Of a stretch of 44,647 nt of DNA, positions 36,325 through 44,647 are shown in pieces. Positions within the stretch are counted from its first letter, which is position 1. Each line of letters begins with the position of its first letter. The notes beneath the pieces were generated by a model that did no database searches, was not told the origin of the DNA, and was given only the letters and a program-made list of their open reading frames with translations. The stretch lies in the sequence record SRR20825006_1977. One strand, 5' to 3'. The position numbers were made by a program, and so were the translations under genes.

Positions 36325-37965
36325 TTAAAAGAGCATCCCCGCAATTACTGCCGTAGACATACATGCGAGTGTTCCTGCAAGCAGTGCCTTCATTCCAAAT
36401 TTTGCCAAAGTCGATTTTACCTCAGGGGCAAGAGCGCCAATACCACCAACTTGAATCCCGATGGAGGCAAAGTTCGCAAATCCACAAAGAACGTAAGTAC
36501 ACATTAAAGACGCTTTGTCGGACATGGAGTGTTGTAGGTTTCCGAGATTGATGTATGCTACGAACTCATTGAGAATCGTTTTTTCTCCAAGAAGTTGACC
36601 TACGGTCATTGCATCTTCCCAAGGAACTCCCATAATCCAGGCGAAAGGAGAAAGTATATATCCTAAAATTGCTTGAAAGGAAAGAGCAGGGTAGTGGCCC
36701 CAACCGGCAATAACGTCATTCAGGGTGGTAATATCTCCAAATTTGAATAGGATGTAGTTCGCTAATTGAACAAGTGAAATAAAGACAATTAGCATTGCTC
36801 CAACGTTTACGGCAAGTTTCAAACCATCTGTTGTTCCGTTGGCGATTGCTTCGAGTGCATTTCCTCCAAGTTTCTCTTTTGATACAGCAAGATCTTCGTT
36901 GATTTTTTCCTTTTCGGGGAATAAGAGTTTTGCAAAAACAATCGCAGCAGGTGCGCTCATCAAAGATGCCGTGAGAAGGTGCTTCGCGAAGTAAACTTTC
37001 TGAGTGTCATCCTCTCCTCCTAAAAATCCGATATAGGAAGCTAGTACACCTCCAGCGATAGTGGCCATTCCTCCTGCCATCAGGCATAGGATTTCCGATT
37101 TTGTCATTTTGCCTAAGTATGGCTTAACGAGCAACGGGGCTTCTGTCTGTCCTAAAAAAACATTTCCTGCAACAGAAACACTTTCTGCTCCGGATAGTCC
37201 AAGTATACGTTTCATTAGCCATGCCATTCCATGCACGACGCGTTGAAGAATTCCCCAATAATAAAGTAAGCTAGTGAGCGCTGAGAAGAAAATAACCGAA
37301 GGAAGGATCCATGTTGCGAAATTACGTACGTAGCCATTAACTTCTCCTGTTAGGAAATCGCCAAAAACAAACTCCGCACCGTAGTGCGCCATGTCTACTA
37401 CCTTTACGAAAGCTTTCGACAGAAAGTCAAATACTCCTTCTACGAAGGGAACTTTGAGGATTAATAAAGCGAGTACCACTTGAAGAAGCATTCCCTTAAC
37501 TACCAAAGACCAGTTGATCGATTTTCGGTCGGCGCTGAATAGATAGCCGATAAATATTAACGCAGCCATCCCCAGAAGTCCTCGTGAAATGCCTGAAAAA
37601 ATATAATATTCTTCCTTTTCACTATTTCTAAAGGTTACTGACTTTGCGGCTCCTTTAAAAGAAACTCTGTGAGTATTGGAGTAAATGACGTGAAGGGTGT
37701 CTGTCTTTTGGATGGAATCTTGAATGATTCCAGATATAATAATCGATTTGCCTTTTTGTTTCCATGTACCTGTTTTTAGTGGGGTCAGTATGGAGTCGTT
37801 GATAACGAAATGATTATTCTTTTGGAAGAGAACAGTGGATTTTCCGTTGGATAACGTTTTGCCCGTTGCAATTCCTGCAAATGAATGATTAGAAAAAGTA
37901 AGGCTTAGAAGAATACTAAGCGCTACGACGATTGATTTCGTCCCTGATTTTTGAAGCAAGTTCAT
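36325..37965 (-). CDS. NupC/CNT-family nucleoside transporter with N-terminal soluble extension
   Basis: GNVFLGQTEAPL, GGMATIAGGV, MSAPAA, LGEKTILNEFVAY, LCGFANFASIGIQVGG; start uncertain (ATG 37965 or 37974, TTG 38004), all overlapping the upstream gene. Confidence 0.92.
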   Translation of the reverse strand: MNLLQKSGTKSIVVALSILLSLTFSNHSFAGIATGKTLSNGKSTVLFQKNNHFVINDSILTPLKTGTWKQKGKSIIISGIIQDSIQKTDTLHVIYSNTHRVSFKGAAKSVTFRNSEKEEYYIFSGISRGLLGMAALIFIGYLFSADRKSINWSLVVKGMLLQVVLALLILKVPFVEGVFDFLSKAFVKVVDMAHYGAEFVFGDFLTGEVNGYVRNFATWILPSVIFFSALTSLLYYWGILQRVVHGMAWLMKRILGLSGAESVSVAGNVFLGQTEAPLLVKPYLGKMTKSEILCLMAGGMATIAGGVLASYIGFLGGEDDTQKVYFAKHLLTASLMSAPAAIVFAKLLFPEKEKINEDLAVSKEKLGGNALEAIANGTTDGLKLAVNVGAMLIVFISLVQLANYILFKFGDITTLNDVIAGWGHYPALSFQAILGYILSPFAWIMGVPWEDAMTVGQLLGEKTILNEFVAYINLGNLQHSMSDKASLMCTYVLCGFANFASIGIQVGGIGALAPEVKSTLAKFGMKALLAGTLACMSTAVIAGMLF

Positions 37966-38500
37966 AGTCTTCATTAGCAATAGCTTGGTTGAGTTGATTT
38001 TCAAGATCGTCGATAGAAACAGAATCTAATGTTTCTTTTTCAGGCTCAGATTCTGTCTCCGCAAAGAAATCTTCTTCCTCTGTGTGCGTTTCATCTAGCA
38101 TTATCCCTGCACTTGAAAGTATGTTCTCATAGGTGAAAACTGGGCAATTAAACCGAACACCAATTGCGATGGCATCCGACGTTCTAGCGTCTATTTCCCG
38201 TACCTCTCCATCCTGAACACAAATAAGTTTAGAATAAAAGATACCTTCTACGAGATTGTAAATAATGACTTCTTGAACTTCAATGTTGAATGTAGTAGCG
38301 AAATTCTTGAAGAGATCATGAGTTAAAGGGCGAGTTGGAACCATTTTCTCTAATTCGATGGCTATTGCTTGAGCTTCAAACCCTCCAATAATAATTGGAA
38401 GTCTTCTATTCCCATCCACTTCAGACAATACAAGTGCATACGCCCCTGATTGAGTCTGACTGTATGATAGGCCTACGATTTCGAGTTTAATTTTATCCAT
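37916..38500 (-). CDS. Bifunctional nuclease (DUF151) family protein with C-terminal UVR domain
   Basis: RRLPIIIGGFEAQAIA, RPLTHDL, IDARTSDAIAI; AIANEDYELASKIRDEI. Confidence 0.95.
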   Translation of the reverse strand: MDKIKLEIVGLSYSQTQSGAYALVLSEVDGNRRLPIIIGGFEAQAIAIELEKMVPTRPLTHDLFKNFATTFNIEVQEVIIYNLVEGIFYSKLICVQDGEVREIDARTSDAIAIGVRFNCPVFTYENILSSAGIMLDETHTEEEDFFAETESEPEKETLDSVSIDDLENQLNQAIANEDYELASKIRDEINRRSA

Positions 38501-38525
38501 GTTTTACTACTATTCCCGGTTTTCC

Positions 38526-38560
38526 GAAAATAATTAGGGAAGCTTATGGGCTTCCCTAAT
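38526..38560 (-). terminator. Hairpin after etfA
   Basis: ATTAGGGAAGC-N6-GCTTCCCTAAT, followed by TATTTT on the minus strand. Confidence 0.7.
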
Positions 38561-38600
38561 ACCTTTTACCTCCGTAAAAATACTATTTCTTATCAAAGAA

Positions 38601-39539
38601 TTAATTCGAAGCTTTGAATTTTTTAACAGCCTCTGTTAATCTTGGCAATACTTCGAAAGCGTCACCAATGATTCCGTAATCGGCTGCCTTGAAAAATGGA
38701 GCTTCTGCGTCGGTGTTAATAACCACAATGACTTTTGAACCATTCACACCAGCAAGGTGTTGAATTGCTCCAGAAATTCCAGCAGCAATATATAAGTTTG
38801 GACGAATTGCAACACCTGTTTGCCCAACGTGCTCGTGGTGAGGACGCCATCCAATATCTGCTACAGGTCTAGAACATGCCGTAGCCGCTCCTAATGCTGT
38901 TGCCAAGTCTTCAACAATTCCCCAGTTCTCTGGACCTTTCAATCCGCGACCAGCTGAAACAACTAGCTCAGCTTCTGGCAATGGAATCTCCCCTTCTGGT
39001 TTTTTCGTATTAAGTACTTTAATGTTCGCTTCTCCACCATTTCCGTTAAATGATTCTACTGAACAGTCGCTCCCAGTAATTTCTGGTTGAATGCTATTCG
39101 GAAGAAGAGAAATAATTTTTTTCTCAGAAGAGATAGAAACGTGTCCAAATGCCTTTCCAGAGAACACATTTACTTTTACTGTATTCCCGTTTGGAATATC
39201 AATCGCTCCTGAAACCAATCCTGCTTTTAATCTTACAGAAAGTCTCGGCGCAACCGCTTTTGCAGTTAAGTCATGCGAAAAAATGATGGTGTTTGCTCCA
39301 ACAGATTCAACCGCAGATGCAATTACACGTGTTAATACCTGTGGATCTTGTGAAGAAACTGAATTATCTACAAGAACTTTTGACGCTCCATATTGACCAA
39401 GTACAGCCAACGTAGAATTATCTGCATTTCCCGTTGTAATTGCAACAACTTCTTCTCCTAATTTCTTTGCGTACGTTACTGTTTCAAGCGCACTTTTCGA
39501 AATCCCGTTACTACTATTTATATATACTAATGTTGACAT
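38601..39539 (-). CDS. etfA: Electron transfer flavoprotein alpha subunit
   Basis: EAELVVSAGRGL, ACSRPVAD, VGQTG, LYIAAGISGAIQHLAG, INTDAEAPFF. Confidence 0.97.
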   Translation of the reverse strand: MSTLVYINSSNGISKSALETVTYAKKLGEEVVAITTGNADNSTLAVLGQYGASKVLVDNSVSSQDPQVLTRVIASAVESVGANTIIFSHDLTAKAVAPRLSVRLKAGLVSGAIDIPNGNTVKVNVFSGKAFGHVSISSEKKIISLLPNSIQPEITGSDCSVESFNGNGGEANIKVLNTKKPEGEIPLPEAELVVSAGRGLKGPENWGIVEDLATALGAATACSRPVADIGWRPHHEHVGQTGVAIRPNLYIAAGISGAIQHLAGVNGSKVIVVINTDAEAPFFKAADYGIIGDAFEVLPRLTEAVKKFKASN

Positions 39540-39552
39540 AATTCAAAAAGTT

Positions 39553-40293
39553 TTAAATGACTTTCGCCTCGTTGTGTAACAATGCTACCAATTCATCCAT
39601 ATTTTCAGGATCGATCATCTTACAAGCAGATTTTGCGTTTGGCAAATCGTAGTTTTGGAAAGAAGTAAGTTGAGCTACTTCAACAGGAGCAACAACCGTA
39701 AGAGGTTTTGTTCGTGCAGCCATAATTCCACGCATGTTTGGAATCCGTTGCTCAGCCATTCCTTTAGCACACGAAATTACCGCTGGAATCGAAACTTCAC
39801 AAACTTGAAGTCCGCCAGGGATTTCCGCTTCAACGGTTGCAGTGGATCCGTTAATGTCTAACTTTGAAGCAAGAGAAACAAATGGTAAATCCATCGCTTC
39901 CGCTATCATTCCTCCAACTTGAGAACCATTGTAGTTAATTGTTTCTTTTCCTGTTAAAACAAGATCAAAACCATTCGCTTTAGCATATTCTGCAATTTGC
40001 ATCGCTGTAAAGTAAGCATCTGTTGGTTCTGCATCGATGCGAACCGCTTCGTCTGCTCCAATGGCAAGCGCCTTTCTGATGATCGCATCATCATTCGCTG
40101 TTCCAACAGTACAAATGGTTACTGAACCTGATCCAGCTTCCTTAATTTCTAATGCGCGAACTAACGCGTACCATTCATCATAAGGGTTTACAATATATTG
40201 CACTCCATTTTCATCAAATTTCGAGTTTCCATCTGTAAACGCAATTTTTGATGTAGTATCAGGAGACTTACTAATACATACTAATATTTTCAT
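39553..40293 (-). CDS. etfB: Electron transfer flavoprotein beta subunit
   Basis: MKILVCISKSPD, NPYDEW, ALAIGADEA, DLVLTGKE, RIPNMRGIMAA; TAAATTTG box at 40321-40328. Confidence 0.97.
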   Translation of the reverse strand: MKILVCISKSPDTTSKIAFTDGNSKFDENGVQYIVNPYDEWYALVRALEIKEAGSGSVTICTVGTANDDAIIRKALAIGADEAVRIDAEPTDAYFTAMQIAEYAKANGFDLVLTGKETINYNGSQVGGMIAEAMDLPFVSLASKLDINGSTATVEAEIPGGLQVCEVSIPAVISCAKGMAEQRIPNMRGIMAARTKPLTVVAPVEVAQLTSFQNYDLPNAKSACKMIDPENMDELVALLHNEAKVI

Positions 40294-40528
40294 TTGGATG
40301 TTTTTTCGTTAAATCGATAACAAATTTAACAATTAAATCTGCGAAATTTAAGCTCACTTTAATAAACTTTATGCGTACATAGTAATTTTTGAATTCAAGT
40401 TGTTTTTTATGTACATTTTTTGGTGGTTGGATTTAGAGCATTTTGATCGCTGTTGAAGAAGAAAAAGAGGAATCAAAAAAAAACTTGGGTGCAATATTTT
40501 AATAATCTCCCACGTTTATTTTGACATC

Positions 40529-40813
40529 ATGAAAGGACTTTTATTAAGAGTTTCTGCTCTGGTGAGCGTTACGTTGCTGTTTTCTAGGTGCTCAATTATT
40601 CTTGCGTTGGCAGGCGTTAGTAGCGACCAATGTGAAAGGTATTCAATCTATAAATCGACACTTTTTGGTGATGATGATTTATTGTGGGAAGAAACTGCAT
40701 GTGATTATGGAACGACAGATCTTGAGGCGCGAAGCAATGAGAAAATGGAGTATTACACTAAATTGTATTCGCGCAGTTATGTGTACAAAGAACATGTGAC
40801 ATACAATCAATAA
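40529..40813 (+). CDS. Hypothetical small exported protein, possible lipoprotein
   Basis: Basic N-terminus, hydrophobic stretch, LFSR-C (imperfect lipobox), two further Cys. Confidence 0.6.
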   Translation: MKGLLLRVSALVSVTLLFSRCSIILALAGVSSDQCERYSIYKSTLFGDDDLLWEETACDYGTTDLEARSNEKMEYYTKLYSRSYVYKEHVTYNQ

Positions 40814-40902
40814 TTAATAGGAAAAACAAGCACTTTCGAAGGTCAAATTTTAACTTTCCTACTTTGGTGATGTTTTTCTTTTTTGAAAACTTCGAAATTT
40901 GT

Positions 40903-40910
40903 TACATTTG
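40903..40910 (+). promoter_or_regulatory. Bacteroidota -7 box for pdhB
   Basis: TACATTTG with TTTG at 40882-40885. Confidence 0.6.
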
Positions 40911-40941
40911 GCGACCCTTTTGGGATAAAATTGAATAGGAT

Positions 40942-41922
40942 ATGAAAACTGTACAATTCAGAGAAGCGCTAAGAGAAGCCATGTCAGAGGAAATGCGTAG
41001 AGATAAGAGCGTATTTTTGATGGGTGAAGAGGTAGCCGAATATAATGGAGCTTATAAAGTTTCTCAAGGTATGTTGGACGAATTCGGTCCAAAACGTGTC
41101 ATAGACACTCCAATTGCTGAACTAGGTTTTGCCGGTATTGGTGTAGGTGCTTCGATGAATGGTCTTCGTCCTATCGTTGAGTTTATGACTTGGAACTTTG
41201 CCATTTTAGCGGCAGATCAAATCATAAACAGTGCTGCGAAAATGTTGCAAATGTCGGGTGGACAATACTCTTGTCCGATTGTTTTCCGTGGTGGAAACGG
41301 TCCTGCAGGACAACTTGGAGCGACGCACTCTCAAAGTTTTGAAGCGTTTTATGCGCACGTACCAGGTCTTAAAGTTGTGACTCCTTCGAATCCTTATGAT
41401 GCGAAAGGTCTATTGAAAGCGGCTATTCGCGATAATGACCCAGTTGTATTCTTGGAATCGGAAAAGATGTATGGCGATAAAGGTGAAATTCCTGAAGGAG
41501 ATTACATCATTCCAATCGGAGTGGCTGACGTAAAAAGAAAAGGAGATCACGTAACAATCGTTACGTTTGGTAAAATTATAAAAGTAGCTTTCGAAGCAGC
41601 TGAACTTTTGGAGAAAGAAGGGATTTCATGTGAAGTTATCGATCTTCGTTCAGTGCGTCCTATCGATTACGGTACGGTTGTGGAATCGGTAAAGAAAACA
41701 AACAGATGTGTTGTTTTGGAAGAAGCTTGGCCGTTGGCATCTATTAGTTCTGAGATCGCTTACCATATTCAGCGTTATGCTTTTGATCATCTTGATGCAC
41801 CAGTTATGCGTGTAACTCAAACGGATACTCCATTTGCATTTTCACCAACTCTCATCGAGGAAGCATTGCCAAATGTTGATCGATTGATTAAGGCTGTGAA
41901 AGCAACAATGTATAGAAATTAG
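40942..41922 (+). CDS. pdhB: Pyruvate dehydrogenase E1 beta subunit
   Basis: MGEEVAEYNGAYKVSQG, DTPIAELGFAG, EFMTWNFA...DQIINSAAK, EVIDLRS. Confidence 0.97.
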   Translation: MKTVQFREALREAMSEEMRRDKSVFLMGEEVAEYNGAYKVSQGMLDEFGPKRVIDTPIAELGFAGIGVGASMNGLRPIVEFMTWNFAILAADQIINSAAKMLQMSGGQYSCPIVFRGGNGPAGQLGATHSQSFEAFYAHVPGLKVVTPSNPYDAKGLLKAAIRDNDPVVFLESEKMYGDKGEIPEGDYIIPIGVADVKRKGDHVTIVTFGKIIKVAFEAAELLEKEGISCEVIDLRSVRPIDYGTVVESVKKTNRCVVLEEAWPLASISSEIAYHIQRYAFDHLDAPVMRVTQTDTPFAFSPTLIEEALPNVDRLIKAVKATMYRN

Positions 41923-42232
41923 TAGTGATCATAGACCTCTGGATTTCGGATTGAAATCCTTTGTAAATCTATAGTTTTCAACTCTTAATGAGGATCTCGT
42001 AATGTCGAAATAGTTGACATTAACCCAAGTCTTTTGAATTATTCCTGACTGTTTCTTGGAAAAGAAGTTGTGCTGTTCTATTAATTCAGTTTGTCTGGTG
42101 CTTTACTAAGTTTGAATTAGTCCAGGTAAGGGAGTTTATCATTTAAAGATTCGGTGCGATATATTTAACATTTAGATCGTGTACATGATTCGGTTAATTA
42201 TTTATATTCGCAAAAAACTAACATTATTTAAA

Positions 42233-42442
42233 ATGAAAAAAGCATTAATCGTAGGAGTAGTAGGAATGTTCGCATTGGCATCATGTAAAAAAGATTATAC
42301 ATGCAGCTGCACATTCTCTAACAATGGATCATTGAAGATCAATTACACAGACGTTAAGAAGAAAACAGCAGAAAGTTCTTGTGAGTCAGCAGAAGCTACT
42401 TACAAGCAAGGAGATGCAGCAGCTAAGTGTACTTTAGACTAA
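42233..42442 (+). CDS. Small Cys-rich lipoprotein (69 aa)
   Basis: MKKALIVGVVGMFALAS-CKKDYTCSC...C...C; start moved to ATG 42233. Confidence 0.88.
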   Translation: MKKALIVGVVGMFALASCKKDYTCSCTFSNNGSLKINYTDVKKKTAESSCESAEATYKQGDAAAKCTLD

Positions 42443-42464
42443 GAATTGCAATTCTTTTAGAATT

Positions 42465-42491
42465 AAGGGAGGCGCAAGTTTCCCTTTTTTT
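42465..42491 (+). terminator. Intrinsic terminator
   Basis: AAGGGAGGC-GCAA-GTTTCCCTT plus T run. Confidence 0.8.
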
Positions 42492-42531
42492 ATGCAATTT
42501 TGAATCGATCTAACACTGATATGATGTAATT

Positions 42532-43131
42532 ATGGAAGATATTTTTCTCGACCTTGGATTTAGTTGGACACTGAGTAAGCTCTTGCCTCATCTTATTTGC
42601 TTGATCATTGGCTTTTTGATTTTTCCTTTAATCAAAAAGAAAATGAAGCCTGGATTGATCCGAAAGTTGATGACGATTGTGATAATCATTCCTTTTGGAA
42701 TCTACTTTGTGTTCAATCCGATTTATGAAGGCGACTTTTCTAATGATTACAATCAGATCTCGGTTGTTCCAGATTCTTTGAATCTAAAGGAAAACACGTT
42801 AACCGTTATTGCAATACCGAATTGTCCTTACTGTGCTGAAGCTATGGAGCGATTGAATAAAATTTTGGATCGTACAGGCAAGAAGTCGTTTAGTTTTATT
42901 GTTCTAAGTTCAGATCCTTCATCTACCGATACCTATAAGAATATTAGTTCTGGTCCAGTTGCAGTTTCGAATGATCCAGATTTTGGAAAGTATGAAACGA
43001 TAACGCAAGGAAGGTTCCCGACGTACATCTATCGAAATAGCGAAGGAATTAATGTTTGGAGTAACGATGTCTTTGGTGTTAGAGCAGCAGATTGGGTTGA
43101 AGAGCAGTTGAGGCTCGTGAGTAGTTTGTAG
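42532..43131 (+). CDS. Membrane-anchored thioredoxin-fold protein
   Basis: Two N-terminal TM segments, CPYC motif, GRFPTY cis-Pro loop. Confidence 0.75.
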   Translation: MEDIFLDLGFSWTLSKLLPHLICLIIGFLIFPLIKKKMKPGLIRKLMTIVIIIPFGIYFVFNPIYEGDFSNDYNQISVVPDSLNLKENTLTVIAIPNCPYCAEAMERLNKILDRTGKKSFSFIVLSSDPSSTDTYKNISSGPVAVSNDPDFGKYETITQGRFPTYIYRNSEGINVWSNDVFGVRAADWVEEQLRLVSSL

Positions 43132-43515
43132 TCTTGAATTCTCTTGAAGTTGAATCAGAATAGCGATCTAACACACTTTTAACGCTCTGTAATGAGAGCT
43201 TTTCCCTTTTCCTTCTAACTGTTAATATTTCTCCATTCGTTCGGTTTAATGTCTCGAAAGTCACTTTTCTATAGAGTATCCGCTTTTTTTTGATTTTCAC
43301 TTTGAATACATGTTTCCCCAAAATTCATGAACGAAAATTGAGTGTAGTTCGGTGAAGGATAATTTCAAGAAATAAAGATCCGAGAGTCGTCTTTCTTTGG
43401 GTGTAGAATAATTATCTTTGCGAAAGACAAATCCTGTCGAATGAGGACAGAAAAGTGTAAAAAAAAGATGTTAACACCGCTCGGTGAAAAAAACGATCTT
43501 TTTTATTGATTATCC

Positions 43516-43545
43516 TTGCTTTACAAATTTAATCTCCTATCTTTG
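43516..43545 (+). promoter_or_regulatory. Housekeeping promoter of the str operon
   Basis: TTG (43516-43518), 19-nt spacer, TATCTTTG (43538-43545). Confidence 0.75.
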
Positions 43546-43602
43546 CACCCCTCAAAAGTGTTTTGGGGCGTAATTTTTATTAACTAAAGTGAAAGTATTT
43601 TT

Positions 43603-43980
43603 ATGCCAACTATCCAACAATTAGTTCGCAAAGGGAGAACAGCGGTGGTAAAGAAAAGCAAGTCTGCAGCACTTGATTCTTGCCCACAACGTAAAGGAGT
43701 ATGTGTAAGAGTTTACACCACTACACCTAAGAAACCAAACTCTGCAATGCGTAAAGTAGCCAGAGTGCGCTTGACAAACGGTAAGGAAGTCAATGCTTAC
43801 ATCGGTGGTGAAGGACACAACCTACAAGAACACTCGTTAGTACTCGTAAGAGGAGGAAGAGTTAAAGACCTTCCAGGGGTTCGTTACCACATCGTTCGTG
43901 GAGCCGAAGATACTGCTGGAGTAGAGGGAAGAACTCAGCGCCGTTCGAAGTACGGAACTAAACGTCCTAAAGCAAAATAA
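43603..43980 (+). CDS. rpsL: 30S ribosomal protein S12
   Basis: [34 protein letters not shown]. Confidence 0.99.
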   Translation: MPTIQQLVRKGRTAVVKKSKSAALDSCPQRKGVCVRVYTTTPKKPNSAMRKVARVRLTNGKEVNAYIGGEGHNLQEHSLVLVRGGRVKDLPGVRYHIVRGAEDTAGVEGRTQRRSKYGTKRPKAK

Positions 43981-44000
43981 CCTTATTAAAGAGTTAAACG

Positions 44001-44647
<647 letters not shown>

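Noticed and set aside
41923-42232. 310-nt intergenic region with small hairpins as an ncRNA or hidden ORF
   Set aside because: Only short weak stems and no convincing ORF or known RNA motif
42441-42456. Perfect palindrome AAGAATTGCAATTCTT
   Set aside because: Single AT-rich copy overlapping a stop codon just ahead of a terminator; no support for function
43079-43321. 80-aa Lys/Arg-rich minus-strand ORF
   Set aside because: TTG start, overlaps the convergent gene, and its composition reflects T-runs in intergenic DNA
43603-43980. Streptomycin-resistance allele of rpsL
   Set aside because: PKKPNSA and RVKDLPG loops are wild-type

Overview
Chromosomal window from an AT-rich Bacteroidota bacterium. 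Evidence: T9SS type A and type B cargo proteins, repeated TAnnTTTG -7 promoter boxes and many SPII lipoproteins. A Flavobacteriales, possibly Crocinitomicaceae-like, organism is my inference. Most of the window is housekeeping and envelope genes: fabD, mannose-1-P guanylyltransferase, mlaEF, rmuC, an Omp85-family protein, lptB, a DUF5686-type OMP, tatC, recQ, etfAB, pdhB and the start of the rpsL-rpsG-fusA operon. The most interesting part is an accessory-looking block at about 27.9-35.3 kb. It encodes an ECF sigma factor, an exported coiled-coil protein, a 66-aa protein, two MscS-superfamily proteins and a bacterial SLC12/cation-chloride cotransporter homologue. An identical bipartite motif, TGTGAC-N15-GCGTCAT, precedes both neighbours of the sigma gene and looks like its target promoter, suggesting a self-contained ion/osmotic-stress regulon. 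A hipBA-like toxin-antitoxin pair with two palindromic operators lies directly upstream. Other points: a 42-aa lipoprotein gene missed by the ORF track, a plug-only TonB-dependent-receptor-like protein, an anchorless TonB-C protein and an orphan LytTR-Hpt pair. I saw no rRNA, tRNA, CRISPR array or transposase. All family calls come from motif recognition by eye; no database search was run.
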